Positions 11,650-23,473 of a DNA stretch of 64,000 bases are shown here, one piece after another. The notes under the pieces are model-generated. The model did no database searches. It was not told where the DNA came from and saw only the letters and a program-made list of their open reading frames with translations. This DNA comes from Eukaryota sp. TZLM1-RC. Lineage: Eukaryota; Protista; Metamonada: BaSk clade. The position numbers and the translations under genes are program-made. The stretch is from NCBI GenBank assembly GCA_040285825.1, contig JAUPSS010000008.1, positions 992,001 to 1,056,000 of the forward strand, written 5' to 3'. Numbering within the stretch: position 1 is the stretch's first letter; each line of letters begins with the position of its first letter.

Positions 11650-11723
11650 TCTTTCTGTACCGATACATATGTGTTATTAAAAATAAAATTGCAAATTGTT
11701 AATTTTTATTATTTTTGGATAAA

Positions 11724-12626
11724 TTAAACCAATATTTCAATTGTGGGATTTTCTGTTTCTTTCCAATACTCTTCTGGTAAAAACTCTATGTTTTGCATTT
11801 CAGTCTCTTCATTTACATTTAGAGAATTAGCAACTTCAGGAATGGAAAGTTCAAGATAAGGGGCAATGCATATGAGTAAAGTGGCCACAAAATATGCAAA
11901 AACTTCGAAAAACAAAATGGAAATCCACACAACATAACGAAAATTAGTCGAAACTAAGAGTGATTGGAAAGTTAGAACATATCGTAATACAGCAGCAATG
12001 AAAAAAGAAAAAGGGGTGATAAATAAATAGTAAATTCGCTTTTTCATAAGATAATTCAATAGTTTGCGTCGAAAACAACAAATTTCAATAGATAAAAGAA
12101 CCACTAAGCACAGGACCAACAACAAATACACCAAAAAAAGTAAGCTCGGCATTGATGAACACAAACCGTTAGAGTTATCAGTAGTTGAAGAAGAAGGTCC
12201 CTGATTGACAGAGAAGAGATACAAAAGACACCATAATAGTGAAGCAAAGAAAGGTTTGCGAATAATAAACCAAGAGTGAGGTAGGGTGAGATGATTTCCA
12301 TCAAAAACACGAGCTGTATGTACAAAACTGAGAATCAACATCAAAGAAAAAGGATGAGCGAATCCAGGACCAAAGAAGGAGGTCACCACACATAAGGGTT
12401 TAGAAAATGATGAATAATGGGTTAGGAAGAACTGTTCCACAACAGACAAATGTAATTGTAATAACAAAATCGCTATAACAGACAGTATACTGAGAAGCAG
12501 CCGTATGAAGGAGAACCTGGCAAAGCACCGATGAGACCGAAAGTATAAAAGAAACCAAGAACCAACGATCTGAACGAAAGTAATGGTAAATAAAAACACG
12601 CTCAGGAACTCAACAGCAAGGATCAT
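11724..12626 (-). CDS. Multi-pass (about 7 TM) membrane protein
   Basis: About seven hydrophobic segments and an acidic C-terminal tail; first in-frame ATG at 12626. Confidence 0.65.
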   Translation of the reverse strand: MILAVEFLSVFLFTITFVQIVGSWFLLYFRSHRCFARFSFIRLLLSILSVIAILLLQLHLSVVEQFFLTHYSSFSKPLCVVTSFFGPGFAHPFSLMLILSFVHTARVFDGNHLTLPHSWFIIRKPFFASLLWCLLYLFSVNQGPSSSTTDNSNGLCSSMPSLLFLVYLLLVLCLVVLLSIEICCFRRKLLNYLMKKRIYYLFITPFSFFIAAVLRYVLTFQSLLVSTNFRYVVWISILFFEVFAYFVATLLICIAPYLELSIPEVANSLNVNEETEMQNIEFLPEEYWKETENPTIEILV

Positions 12627-12716
12627 TGATAGAAGCCATGAAACAGATTGCAAGTAAGATGAATTTGATGTAACCACATAATCTGTTCCTCTTCTTTTAA
12701 GAGGAGAACTCTTTAT

Positions 12717-13865
12717 ATGTCTCTTTTAGTTCTCGCTCTGCCTCATTTGAGAAACTCAACTAAGGAACAGCTTGAAGTACAGTCTACCCTCAAAAATTTA
12801 AGCGAGGATTTTGTTCCTGATGATGATTGCCATCGTGACTTTAGTATATTGTGGCCAAACTCTTCCGAATTACTTGTATTAGATGCTCAATCATTTAAAT
12901 CAGAATTAGAAGAGCGACCTAGACCTGGAACTGTTAGTTACAATCTTTTGGACACATTACATTCAAAACTCAGCCATTACTATTTTATTGATTTTATTTG
13001 GATGATAACCCCCTCCTATGAACCAGAACTGGCAAGGGAACGTTTTTCCTCTGTCATTCAACGATTCTTATCTAGCAGTACCTTTCTATTTTGTACGCCC
13101 AGTCTCCCTCAACTACCAGCCTATCTTAATACCTGTAGGCGCCTATTCACCCGTACTCAAATCAAGAGGGAACCTTGTCTCAAGGCCCTTTTGGGTGATG
13201 TTGTTTGGAGAGGTGATCTGGTTGATGATAGTTTTAGGTGCGTGGCTGAAGGGGTTTCTATCATTCGTGACAGGGATACTGATTTTTCCCCCTTTCCTTT
13301 TTCAGATCGGCAGCTTGTGTTTCATGGTAGTCTTTCGTTACAGACTGCATCTGAGTTGTTTCGAGTCAATCAAATGTATTCATGCTCTGTTGCTTCAACA
13401 TCTGGACATTTAGATTTGTTACTAAACACACTAAAGAATAGGCAAATTGCATTTGTTTTTCAATATAACTCATCATTAAATAGATATAGCAGCCCTTTTG
13501 TGTTAAGTTTTGACCTTAATTTTTTCATTCAGACACCTCTTTTATTAAACAACATTACTCTTCCAAATTTAGAGTTCTTCTTGTCATCGACATGTTCAAT
13601 GATTGATCAGTTAAAATCCAACTTAACCCAGAATTCTATTTGTGAAAGATCTGTTGTAACCACTAGCAGAAGGAGTTCTGTTGATGTAGTAGTTGATTCA
13701 ACTGATTCTAATGGTACACAGGTATTTGTTCAGTTCTGTAAAAAGTTGGCTGATGAACTGGGATGTACCGAGGAAAATGTTTCTAGGGTATTCAAGGTTA
13801 TTGATGAGGTGAAGCCTTTCACTAAACAAGATATGGATATTATTGTGAAGAAGCTTAGGAGTTGA
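12717..13865 (+). CDS. Hypothetical protein
   Basis: 382-aa ATG-started ORF; no family recognised with confidence. Confidence 0.65.
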   Translation: MSLLVLALPHLRNSTKEQLEVQSTLKNLSEDFVPDDDCHRDFSILWPNSSELLVLDAQSFKSELEERPRPGTVSYNLLDTLHSKLSHYYFIDFIWMITPSYEPELARERFSSVIQRFLSSSTFLFCTPSLPQLPAYLNTCRRLFTRTQIKREPCLKALLGDVVWRGDLVDDSFRCVAEGVSIIRDRDTDFSPFPFSDRQLVFHGSLSLQTASELFRVNQMYSCSVASTSGHLDLLLNTLKNRQIAFVFQYNSSLNRYSSPFVLSFDLNFFIQTPLLLNNITLPNLEFFLSSTCSMIDQLKSNLTQNSICERSVVTTSRRSSVDVVVDSTDSNGTQVFVQFCKKLADELGCTEENVSRVFKVIDEVKPFTKQDMDIIVKKLRS

Positions 13866-14201
13866 TTGGGTTATGGAAGTGGTGTTTTTCAACACTAAAT
13901 CTTTGATAAACCCTTTTCCATTTTGTTATTAGTTTTAAATTATATTCTGAGCACTTGCAATTTTCATCAGCGTGCTTTTTCAAAAGCTCACCAATTTCTC
14001 TGAAAGATGTAATCAAATGGATGTAGCTTTCTAAGTAATAATCCTTGATAATAAGATGTAATAAAATGATATTTCTATTAAAAAAACATTACTTAAAAAA
14101 CCTCAACTCACAACGGTCTTGAACACCTACCCACTGGTCAAGGCACATTCAGATCGTGGAGGAGTATCGCAGTAGTTCGCAGTTTTCTTCTTTCGCTAAA
14201 A

Positions 14202-17200
14202 ATGTCTCATCAACATGGGAACCAGCCCAATCTGAACTCTCATACTGTCAGACTACCTGTAACACTTCCAACACCATTTCATAATACCTATCCCCAGTCT
14301 CAACATGGTGCTCCTAACTCTCAACCTGGCCAACATACCCCTCATCAAGTCTCTCATGTGCCAATGATGACGCCATCATTGTTACCCGGTTTTCCTCAGA
14401 ATGGACATTCTCCTTATGTACAAAGCCCTTATGGTGCTCCTACCCAGCCTCAACAGCCTCATCATTATCCTTCTCCCTACCAACAATTCCCTCCTACCCA
14501 ATTTGGTTCACCTTATGTTCACCAAACTTCTCTGCCCAGTCATCTCATTCCCACCACTTCTCCTTACTCTTCTCACCCTACTCATCCATATCATGCACAA
14601 CCCCTTCCTCAGTATCCATCTCAGCATCTCACCACCAAGCCTAGTCCCGCCAAACGTGGACGTCCTCGTGGAAGACCTGCCAAGCCTAAAGCCGAACCCA
14701 AAGTTATCTGGAAGGAGGAGGATGAGCTTGAAGAAGAATCTCCTGAACTCGAATCTGATGTTGAATTCACCGTACCCCTTGAAGAAAGGAGGGAAGTATC
14801 TTCAGGAAGAACCCGAAGAACCAGAAAACGTAAACAAACTTACAAGGAAGTGGACTCGGAAGACGAGTTTCTGGACAGTATATCTGCTGTCACAAAGTCT
14901 TTGGATCGGGCGGGGACTGAAGATTTGGAAGATGGTGACGCGTCGCCAGTTGTCCCTGAACCGGTTATTGACAGAATTCTTTTTCATAGAGTTTTACCCA
15001 ACTGCAAGGAACCTTTTGTTTGCGAAAGGAGAGAACGTCTGGAAATGAAAAACAATGATCCTTTGTTTATTGAGAGCCCTGAAAGATTTAAAAGGACTTT
15101 GGGTGAGGTGGAATCTGGTGAGGTGGAGTTACCTGAAGAATTTGATTTAGATATATTAAAACAAGACTTTTTATTGGAGTTCTTTGTTAAATGGAAAGGA
15201 TGGTCTATGAAACATGCCACGTGGCAAGGTGCTGATGTCATCAAAAGTAACCGCTCAGGTCAAGTTCGACTCCAACGGTATCTGAAACATCGAAGGGATG
15301 AAGCTGAGCACCTCCAAGGAGCTACCGATGAAGAACGGGAAGATTTTCTTATTAAATGGGAATTGGGTCTTGAATTAATTGATGAGTACACAAAGGTAGA
15401 AATGGTATTGGATAAAAGAAAGATTCCGATTGACGAGAGCTTTGAAGTCGTCAATCATTTGATTGAAAAAGACAGTTCTAATCAATCACATTTAATTGAA
15501 TATCTTGTTAAATGGAGAGAGCTTGACGAAGAAGATTGTACCTGGGAAGTTTGTCTTACTGATAATTCTGGAACTATTGGTTTTGACGAAGCCATCAAGG
15601 AATATGAAATCATTTTCTCCAAACCCATGGATCTCAAACCTTTCCCTGCACTTCGCCAACGTATAATGTACCAATTCAGAGGTTACGCGAATCAACCAAA
15701 GTGGATAAAGGGAGGAGAACTCCGAGATTACCAACTAACAGGATTAAACTTTCTACTCACTGCCTGGACCCAAGGTAGAAACGTTATATTGGCTGATGAG
15801 ATGGGTTTGGGGAAAACCATTCAATCTGCTACCTTTATTGGTGCTTTAAGAAATGATTTCAAGCAAGGTGGACCTGCCTTGGTTATTGTACCGCTGTCTA
15901 CCATTCACGCATGGCTTAAGGAACTTCGCCAATGGGCTCCTAATGTTCATGTTGTTTTGTATTACGGCTCAGCCAAGTCTCGAGCTGTTATTAGGGCACA
16001 TAGATTGTTATCACCAACTCCAGATGATTACTTGTTTACTGAAGCCAATAGTTCTTCTTCTATAGCAATAGAAAACCCCTCAGCTGTCAATGCAGAGTTT
16101 CTGAAAAGCAGTTTATCGACTGGGTGCAAACCAAAGTTCCATGTTGTGCTAACCACTTATGAACTATTACTCAAGGATTCAGATATTCTCCGGCCTTTTG
16201 ACTTTCAGCTACTCATTGTTGATGAAGCTCATAGGTTAAAGAATGACAAAAGCAAGCTTGCTGAAGCTCTTGATTCATTTAGAGTTCCCACGAGGGTACT
16301 CATAACAGGAACCCCCCTTCAAAATTCCCTTCGTGAGTTATGGAATTTGTTAAACTTTTTAGATCCTGTCCGTTTTGGCGATTGGAATTCTTTTCACGTT
16401 CAATTTGGTGATCTGTCGTCTGATAACCAAGTGTCCAAACTTCATGAGGAACTCCAGCCCTACATCCTGCGAAGACTTAAAAAGGACGTTGAAAAGGGAA
16501 TTCCAGGAAAAATTGAAAGGATCATTAGAGTCGAGCTTTCTCCAATTCAGAAAAGATATTATAAATGGATTCTAACCCGGAATTTTGATCAGTTAAAGAA
16601 AGGATCCAATATTACCAATTTATTGAACATTATGGTTGAGTTGAAGAAGATCTGCAACCATCCTTTTCTAGCAATGGATCAAGAAATCAGGTCCAGAATT
16701 CTATCTGAACAGGGCTCGCTAATGTCACGGGAAGCACAATTGAGTTCACTAGTGGAGGCTTCTGGTAAGCTGATGTTGTTGGATCGGTTGTTATCTAAAC
16801 TTTTCCAACGAGGATCAAAAGTTTTGGTTTTTTCTCAAATGGTCAGAATGCTTGATATTCTTTCCGAGTATTTGACATTTAGAAATTACAAGTTTCAGAG
16901 ATTAGATGGTTCAATGAGATCCCTTGATAGGAAAAAAGCCATGGACAAGTTCAATGCTCCTGACTCTGAGTACTTTTGCTTTCTTTTATCTACTAGAGCT
17001 GGAGGTTTAGGTATCAATCTAACAGCTGCGGATGTAGTGGTAATTTTCGATTCTGATTGGAACCCTCAGAATGACCTTCAAGCAGAGGCCAGGGCTCATA
17101 GAATTGGACAGAAGAAGGTAGTCAAGATTTTCAGGGTAGTGAGTAAAGATTCAGTTGAGGAAGAAGTGCTAGAAAGAGCCAAAAAGAAGCTTGTCCTGGA

Positions 17201-18743
17201 CCATGTTGTTATTCAAACCATGAGCCAGTCGTCAAGCGTCACAGTGGATCCCAAGAAAAGCTCAGCATCAATGTTTGATAAATCTGATATCAACCAAATT
17301 TTGAAGTTTGGTGCAAAAGAGCTGTTTACTGAATCAGATGTTGATGCTACTTCCAAAGTAGAGGAGCGCTTGCGTTTCAATGATGATGAAATTGATAGAA
17401 TACTAAATCTTGAAGGTGACTCATTAGTAGAACAAGAGCAGTCTATGTCTGATGCTCAACAATTCCTGAATAGATTTGAGTTTTCAGACTTTTCGTCAAA
17501 ACCAGCTTTAGAAGATCAAGAAGAAGGTGCTAATGATGCTAATTTCTGGAAGAATCTTATTGATCAAGAAGTCAAGGAAATTCCGCATGTTGCAGAGTTG
17601 CCACGTAGCCGATCACGTGGGCCTCGCGTTGCTGATTATGATGCAGAAGATTTTGACAGACCAACCGAAGAAGTTTACTATGAACCATCAGACATTGAAT
17701 TTGAGGAACCAGCCTCCAGAGGCCGTTTGGTGGGAGGAAAGATTGCCCAAAGAGATATGAAACATATCTATAGAGCCTTCAAAACTATTCCTTCGTTCGC
17801 CAGAATCTCTGATATTACAAAAATTTCTGGAATTCCCAAATCTGAAGCTGTCATTCTTCGCGTTTGTCAGGAGTTGTTGCAATTTTGTGAGGATTCTGTT
17901 GCTAGAACGGGAAAGAGAGCTGATGCAATTCCTACATTAACTGTTGAATGGAGAGGTGTAAAAAGCATTAATGCAGCCGATCTCTGCAGAAGGGTTGTTG
18001 ATTTTGAGAATTTGACTTGTTTTTTGAATGAATATTTCACTGTCGACTTTATTTTCAACACACCTCTAAATACTGAAGATGCTGAATCTGTTATTGTTTC
18101 AAAGGTGGATGAATCAACGCTATCTGTGCCTAAACCTCAATGGTCAGAGTCTTGGTCCTTTATAGATGATGTGAAGCTTGCTATTGCTACCTTTAGAATT
18201 GGTTTCTCTAATTGGGAGAATATTAGAAAGTGTCCTGGTCTGGAAAAACTTGATCAAGTTCATATCAGAGCTCCAATGATTGCTAGGCGAGTTGATCTTG
18301 TTTTGAAGCATATTGGGCTTTATCTGAATCCTAATGCTGTGGTTCCTCCTCCAAAGCAGACTAAACAGGTCAAAAAAGGTTCAAAATCCCGTAGAACTCG
18401 AAGGAAAACTGAAGACTTCGAAACACCACCAATCAAGCAAGCCAATACTGAACCTACTTCTCCTGTCAACCACCCTCTTTACTCTGAACCTTGGTGTAAA
18501 GATCAGCTGTCATCGGTACAGGAAGATCTTGAAAGAATGGCGATGAGATCATCAATGGGACAAGATGTTTCTACTGAAATTATAAAGAGAATAGGAAGAG
18601 GTATAGCTGAAGCGATGAGTGACCCCAAGTATGAAACGTATAACGACACAATGAAAGCTACTATGAGAAGTCGGCTATGGGAGTATGTTTCTAATTTTGG
18701 AAACAGTTCTGCTGAAGAGTTGAGAGAAATTGCCGAGGATTAG
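14202..18743 (+). CDS. CHD1: CHD1-like chromodomain helicase DNA-binding protein
   Basis: AT-hook KRGRPRGRP; two chromodomains (FFVKWKGWS, YLVKWREL); SNF2 motifs ILADEMGLGKT, DEAH and TGTPLQN; HELICc motifs LLSTRAGGLGINL and QAEARAHRIGQ; C-terminal RLWEYVSNF. Confidence 0.93.
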   Translation: MSHQHGNQPNLNSHTVRLPVTLPTPFHNTYPQSQHGAPNSQPGQHTPHQVSHVPMMTPSLLPGFPQNGHSPYVQSPYGAPTQPQQPHHYPSPYQQFPPTQFGSPYVHQTSLPSHLIPTTSPYSSHPTHPYHAQPLPQYPSQHLTTKPSPAKRGRPRGRPAKPKAEPKVIWKEEDELEEESPELESDVEFTVPLEERREVSSGRTRRTRKRKQTYKEVDSEDEFLDSISAVTKSLDRAGTEDLEDGDASPVVPEPVIDRILFHRVLPNCKEPFVCERRERLEMKNNDPLFIESPERFKRTLGEVESGEVELPEEFDLDILKQDFLLEFFVKWKGWSMKHATWQGADVIKSNRSGQVRLQRYLKHRRDEAEHLQGATDEEREDFLIKWELGLELIDEYTKVEMVLDKRKIPIDESFEVVNHLIEKDSSNQSHLIEYLVKWRELDEEDCTWEVCLTDNSGTIGFDEAIKEYEIIFSKPMDLKPFPALRQRIMYQFRGYANQPKWIKGGELRDYQLTGLNFLLTAWTQGRNVILADEMGLGKTIQSATFIGALRNDFKQGGPALVIVPLSTIHAWLKELRQWAPNVHVVLYYGSAKSRAVIRAHRLLSPTPDDYLFTEANSSSSIAIENPSAVNAEFLKSSLSTGCKPKFHVVLTTYELLLKDSDILRPFDFQLLIVDEAHRLKNDKSKLAEALDSFRVPTRVLITGTPLQNSLRELWNLLNFLDPVRFGDWNSFHVQFGDLSSDNQVSKLHEELQPYILRRLKKDVEKGIPGKIERIIRVELSPIQKRYYKWILTRNFDQLKKGSNITNLLNIMVELKKICNHPFLAMDQEIRSRILSEQGSLMSREAQLSSLVEASGKLMLLDRLLSKLFQRGSKVLVFSQMVRMLDILSEYLTFRNYKFQRLDGSMRSLDRKKAMDKFNAPDSEYFCFLLSTRAGGLGINLTAADVVVIFDSDWNPQNDLQAEARAHRIGQKKVVKIFRVVSKDSVEEEVLERAKKKLVLDHVVIQTMSQSSSVTVDPKKSSASMFDKSDINQILKFGAKELFTESDVDATSKVEERLRFNDDEIDRILNLEGDSLVEQEQSMSDAQQFLNRFEFSDFSSKPALEDQEEGANDANFWKNLIDQEVKEIPHVAELPRSRSRGPRVADYDAEDFDRPTEEVYYEPSDIEFEEPASRGRLVGGKIAQRDMKHIYRAFKTIPSFARISDITKISGIPKSEAVILRVCQELLQFCEDSVARTGKRADAIPTLTVEWRGVKSINAADLCRRVVDFENLTCFLNEYFTVDFIFNTPLNTEDAESVIVSKVDESTLSVPKPQWSESWSFIDDVKLAIATFRIGFSNWENIRKCPGLEKLDQVHIRAPMIARRVDLVLKHIGLYLNPNAVVPPPKQTKQVKKGSKSRRTRRKTEDFETPPIKQANTEPTSPVNHPLYSEPWCKDQLSSVQEDLERMAMRSSMGQDVSTEIIKRIGRGIAEAMSDPKYETYNDTMKATMRSRLWEYVSNFGNSSAEELREIAED

Positions 18744-19561
18744 TGTTGTGTTTAATAAACTAAGATTGCTTTTGTTTCTATTTGAATGGAACGTTATGCT
18801 TAAAATGGTCTCTCTTATGTTCTATGAATAACAACACTATAAGGAATGAATTGCTTCGTTATAGACGTGTTCCAGTTAGTTTTCTTGTTGTGGACTTGAT
18901 GTTTAGTTTTCAAAAGCTCCAATTTCTGAACAACAATAAATAGATAATTAATAAAATGAACCATATTCCACAGATATTTCATGAATTAAGAGCAAAAGTG
19001 TTGTCATAAATGTTGAGGTTTCAAATGTACCAAATTTCTTATCTTTAATAAAGTTCATCGTAGACCACATTCTAGTGTTGGACTAATGGCCCAAATCTTA
19101 CTTCTTGTGCTTTTACAGTGGTTTGTAGAAACACCATACGACAAGCATACGAAATGTTGCTTAAATCAATGAACAAAGTACTTGTTGCTCCAATGAACAA
19201 GATTTGTTATACTTTTAAAGAGGCAACAAAAACACAAAAGTAAAATGAAAATCATGGAAACGGTAGGAGAAATCAAAAATTTGCTACCAGGGAGAGAAGA
19301 GTTGGTTTGTGGAAGCAAAAATTCGTAACAATGCAGTTGACTTGAGTGCAGTGGTTCTGTCTTTCTTCATCCCACCACAAATTTGAGAAACCACCTCAAA
19401 AGCAATTGAAACAGAGAACATTGAATTGCCCCAATTGAGCAAATATTGAAATCATCTGCTAATTCATCAAACAAAAATATATTTTTTCCAATATTCAAAA
19501 CATTCATCAAGAGCAGTGGTGTTCCTGAGGAAATATTCATCGTTATAGTTTGGATTTGTTG

Positions 19562-20113
19562 ATGGAGAGCTATCCACAACGCTTGTTTCAGATTCTTCGT
19601 CAATGGCGAAAGTTGAATGACCGATTCACTGGGAACATCGAGAGCTTGAACACTTCCCTAGATCGTTTTTCTCTAATCAATGACCAACAGACTTACACCC
19701 AATTGAACACTCTTCAACCTATTGTTAAACCTTCATTAGAATGTGCTTTTCTCGAACTAGTTTCTTCAAAGTTTTCTCATTGTAAGACTGATCTAGATGA
19801 GCTTACTTGCCTAATGGATGGCCTCAGTGTTGTTCAAAACTCAGCAACATCAGATTTTTACAAACATCTGACTTCTAACCATCTGGTATCTAAAAATAGC
19901 TTCATTTTACAGTTAGTTCAAGAAGTTTATGCTGTTTCATTAAGTTTCAGTAATAAGATTACCTCAATTGACTCCACAGATGTGTCCTCCGTTTCTGATT
20001 TGAAAGTGTTTGCAAAGTCTGTTAAATCATGTCTCCTTAGTCATAGCGACGTTATGCTTATTGGTTCCTTAATGAGTAGATGTAAGGCTTTCCTTAACCT
20101 CTTTCAGTCCTGA
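19562..20113 (+). CDS. Hypothetical helical protein
   Basis: ATG 19562 starts a 183-aa ORF; weak resemblance to the C1orf109/CK2S family is unverified. Confidence 0.55.
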   Translation: MESYPQRLFQILRQWRKLNDRFTGNIESLNTSLDRFSLINDQQTYTQLNTLQPIVKPSLECAFLELVSSKFSHCKTDLDELTCLMDGLSVVQNSATSDFYKHLTSNHLVSKNSFILQLVQEVYAVSLSFSNKITSIDSTDVSSVSDLKVFAKSVKSCLLSHSDVMLIGSLMSRCKAFLNLFQS

Positions 20114-20599
20114 ATTAGATTTGTTTTTAATATCAGATCTTTGGGTTGCATTTCATTTCCCTTTCTTCTCTGCTAGTTCTAATATTATTATTTTTCTTTT
20201 CAGTGAATTAAACACTTATATGGGGTGGATCTCTTGTTGAACAATTGCTTCCTGAATTGTGTTTAAAGTCCATAGAATCTATATAGATTTAATGTCAACA
20301 TGAATTGTCCTTCTTGGTCTGTTCTTAATGTGTTCAGTTTCTTGTTTTTTCATCAAACCACTGATTTTTTCTTTTTTAGCAGAATGAAACCACTAAACAT
20401 TAATTACAACTAAAAAGTACTGTCAAAAAGGTATTGAGGGTATTTCAATCGTGAAAATAGAATAAAACAAGTCAAAGATTCAACCTGGAAACATCAAAAG
20501 CTGTGGTTAATTCAAATAGTCCCTTGTCATGGACTGCCACATTGTCCAAAACAGTGGTTGTGGTGTCTATTATGGAGAGTGAAGCTCCAAACATGTACA

Positions 20600-20903
20600 G
20601 AGCAGTAAGTGTGGAAAAAAGTTGAGAGTAAAGATTTTAGTTTATTAGCAGGGATAGAAACATGCATCATCAATGGTCTTCACTGACTTAACAATGAGCT
20701 CTTTTTGATGAAGGTGTAAAAAAGAAAAAAGGTTTCAATATTCTATTGAGAAAATCCACTTGGCATAGACGTTATTTAAAAGAATATAAGAATGACCTCT
20801 GCAAGTTGTGTTTCAAGAGCCAAGGTTGATGAAGGTTCAACAAAGATGGTATAAAAGTGAAAATCTTCCACTGCATTGGTGTAAACAGGACACTTCTGCC
20901 ATT
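20600..20903 (-). repeat. Member of an unclassified dispersed repeat / decayed gene family
   Basis: Shares AGAGCCAAGGTTGATGAAGGTTCAA, GAAAATCTTCCACT and AACAGGACACTTCTGCCATT with 25575-25675. The left boundary is approximate. Confidence 0.6.
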
Positions 20904-20909
20904 GCTCCA

Positions 20910-23192
20910 ATGACATCCATTTTTAACAACTTATATATTGGTATCAATAGACCAACATCTTATACAAGAAAGAATCTTGAAACCCTTCTTTCATCCCATG
21001 GAGCCATTGTTGTTGTTCCACCTGATATTCCGTCCGTTGTTGTTTCTTCTGACAACAAACAAGCACGTAGCACAAAACTATTCAAATTGGCTTTATCTAA
21101 TGAATTACCAGTTGTGTCTGAGGATTGGGCCGACGAATGCATAAAAACTAGCTCCATCTCTCCGTATGAACCTTTTCTTCTTCCAAAGATCACTTATTCA
21201 CCATGTTCTCCTACAGCTGACGTTGTTCATGAGCATGAACCTGAAGTTGCTGAGAAACCTCCTATTATTGTTACCCCAATGGCTAGGTCTCACTTATCCA
21301 ACATTCTTGGTTCCATCAAGTCAATGTTCAAGGTGTATGCCAAGTTCGTCAACACTCCAATGGTGGTGATAAGCACACCGGAGGAGTATCAGAGAAAGAA
21401 ACCCTTGACAGTTTTAACCAAAGCAAAGGCTAATGACTTGCCTATAGTAAGTACGGACTTTTTAACTGAGTGTGTCAAACAATCAAAAGTGATTACTGAT
21501 TTTGACCCTTTTGTGCTGCCAATGGACTCAACAGAAGACCAACAAATAGCTTCATTCAAAAAACCTCTTTCTCCTGAATTGATTGAGAAATTCCAAATAG
21601 ATGAGTCAAATCTTGAAATTGAAAAACTCGGTAAAGATCAGGTAATCTCTCTTGACGTTCTATCACCTCCTACTTCTCCTAGAATCAAACCAGGATCGAA
21701 AGTAACTGTACCTGTCGATCCTCATTGCAAGGTTGCCGGTCATTGCCACGTGTTTGTTGAAGATTCAATCATTTGGGCGGTTTCTCTTAATCAAACTGAT
21801 TTAATAAAGAATTCTAACAAGTTTTACATTATTCAGCTTTTACAAGATGATTTTAACCCCAATTCTTTCTTTGTTTTTCGAAAATGGGGAAGGGTCGGCG
21901 CCAAATCTCCTGCAGTTGCTCTGTTGAAGTTTTCTGATTTGAATTTAGCCAAATCTGAATTTGTTAAACGTCACAAGGACAAGACCGGGTCTTCTTTTCC
22001 CACAACCCACTATGAACATCAATCTGGGAAGTACTATCCCGTTGAGCTAGATTTCACCAAGTCTAAAGGTCAAACAGAAGAGGTCATGGAAGAAAAGAAA
22101 GAAGAGAGAAAGAACCAAGAGGATGAAGATGGTTTGATGATTAGATTACCTGAAAGATTGGAGTCATTTATCCACTTTATTTTTAATGTTGATTTTTACA
22201 GACAGGCAGAATTAAACATGAATTACGACAGAAATCGACTTCCTTTGGGTAAACTCAGTCCAAGCCAAGTAAAGAAAGGTTACATAGTACTCTCCAAGAT
22301 TCAAGATTATCTGAATGGAAGAAGATCTACAGAATCGCTGGAGGAGTTGACTTCAACATATTTTACGTTAATTCCAACTGATTTTGGCAGGAATAGGCCA
22401 CCAGTTATTCAAAGCCAGGAACAGTTAAGAATTTTATTGGATAATCTGGCTAATTTATCTGATATGTCTGTTGCTGAGAAGCTTCGAAATATTGCTCAAT
22501 CCATGTGTTCTTCAAACGTTGACCAGACCGTAATTCAGTACAGGCAGTTATCAACTGAATTAATAAGGGTAATGCCAGAAGATGAAGTGTTTTCCACAAT
22601 TAGTAAATACGTGACCAAAAATAAAGGACCTACTCATCGATATGGACTTAAAGTTTTGGATTTGTTCAAGATTAATAGACCATCTGAGCTTGAACGGTAT
22701 AATAATTGCTCAATAGGAAACAAAACTTTACTTTTCCATGGTTCCCGTGTCACAAATGCTCCCTCAATATTAAAGAATGGCCTACGCATTGCTCCTCCTG
22801 AAGTACCTCACCAAGGGTACATGTTTGGTAAAGGTATTTATCTAGCCAATATGGCCACAAAATCGGCCAACTATTGTTGTCCAGAGGAAACCGAAAATGG
22901 TCTTGAAGGAACTTTGTATTTGGTAGAGGCAAAACTTGGAAAGCCTGCTCCTTTACTTGATGCTCAGTATTTGGAAGAACCCTTACCTGGCACACAATCA
23001 ACATGGGGTGTGGGCAGGACCACTCCTTCAAAGGCGAGCCATGTTGTTTATAATGATGTTTCGGTTCCTATTGGAGAGGCAACCCAGTCAACTGGTCATG
23101 AAGGAAGTTGTGTTTTGGAATATGACGAGTTTATAGTTTATGATTTGAGTCAAGTTTTGCTGAAATACGTGGTTAGGGTTCTATTTGAATAA
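20910..23192 (+). CDS. PARP: Poly(ADP-ribose) polymerase (2 BRCT + WGR + regulatory + catalytic domains)
   Basis: BRCT-like LPVVSEDWADEC and LPIVSTDFLTEC; NKFYIIQLL...WGRVG; LPLGKLS; catalytic H-Y-E (LLFHGS, GYMFGKGIYLA, LEYDEFIVY). Likely ATG 20910. Confidence 0.93.
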   Translation: MTSIFNNLYIGINRPTSYTRKNLETLLSSHGAIVVVPPDIPSVVVSSDNKQARSTKLFKLALSNELPVVSEDWADECIKTSSISPYEPFLLPKITYSPCSPTADVVHEHEPEVAEKPPIIVTPMARSHLSNILGSIKSMFKVYAKFVNTPMVVISTPEEYQRKKPLTVLTKAKANDLPIVSTDFLTECVKQSKVITDFDPFVLPMDSTEDQQIASFKKPLSPELIEKFQIDESNLEIEKLGKDQVISLDVLSPPTSPRIKPGSKVTVPVDPHCKVAGHCHVFVEDSIIWAVSLNQTDLIKNSNKFYIIQLLQDDFNPNSFFVFRKWGRVGAKSPAVALLKFSDLNLAKSEFVKRHKDKTGSSFPTTHYEHQSGKYYPVELDFTKSKGQTEEVMEEKKEERKNQEDEDGLMIRLPERLESFIHFIFNVDFYRQAELNMNYDRNRLPLGKLSPSQVKKGYIVLSKIQDYLNGRRSTESLEELTSTYFTLIPTDFGRNRPPVIQSQEQLRILLDNLANLSDMSVAEKLRNIAQSMCSSNVDQTVIQYRQLSTELIRVMPEDEVFSTISKYVTKNKGPTHRYGLKVLDLFKINRPSELERYNNCSIGNKTLLFHGSRVTNAPSILKNGLRIAPPEVPHQGYMFGKGIYLANMATKSANYCCPEETENGLEGTLYLVEAKLGKPAPLLDAQYLEEPLPGTQSTWGVGRTTPSKASHVVYNDVSVPIGEATQSTGHEGSCVLEYDEFIVYDLSQVLLKYVVRVLFE

Positions 23193-23473
23193 GTCATCAG
23201 CATAATGAATTCCATTGTTGATTTTTATTATTTTAATTGAACAGTAGTTGAAGAATTAATGTGAAATAATTTAATGTAAAGACAATTCTTTGTTTCATTT
23301 TCTATTCGGTGTTTCATTCTTCCGTAGATCAGATCACTGCAAATGTTCAATTAAATGCACGTATCATGACGTAATCGTCAACAGTGAATTAAAACAATGA
23401 TTTAATGAATTAATATTACAAATAATAATCAAGTAGAAATAAAATAAAAATGGTTCCCATCATAATTCAAGAA

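Noticed and set aside
12717-13865. Possible Treslin/MTBP-like identity (VVWRGDL)
   Set aside because: A single short motif is insufficient without a profile search.
14100-14200. GC-richer patch upstream of CHD1 as an snRNA or tRNA
   Set aside because: No cloverleaf, T-loop or U1/U2/U5/U6 signature; probably promoter or 5' UTR.
14401-15048. Alternate-frame and antisense ORFs overlapping long genes (here and throughout the ORF track)
   Set aside because: Shadow ORFs of conserved CDSs with no independent motifs.
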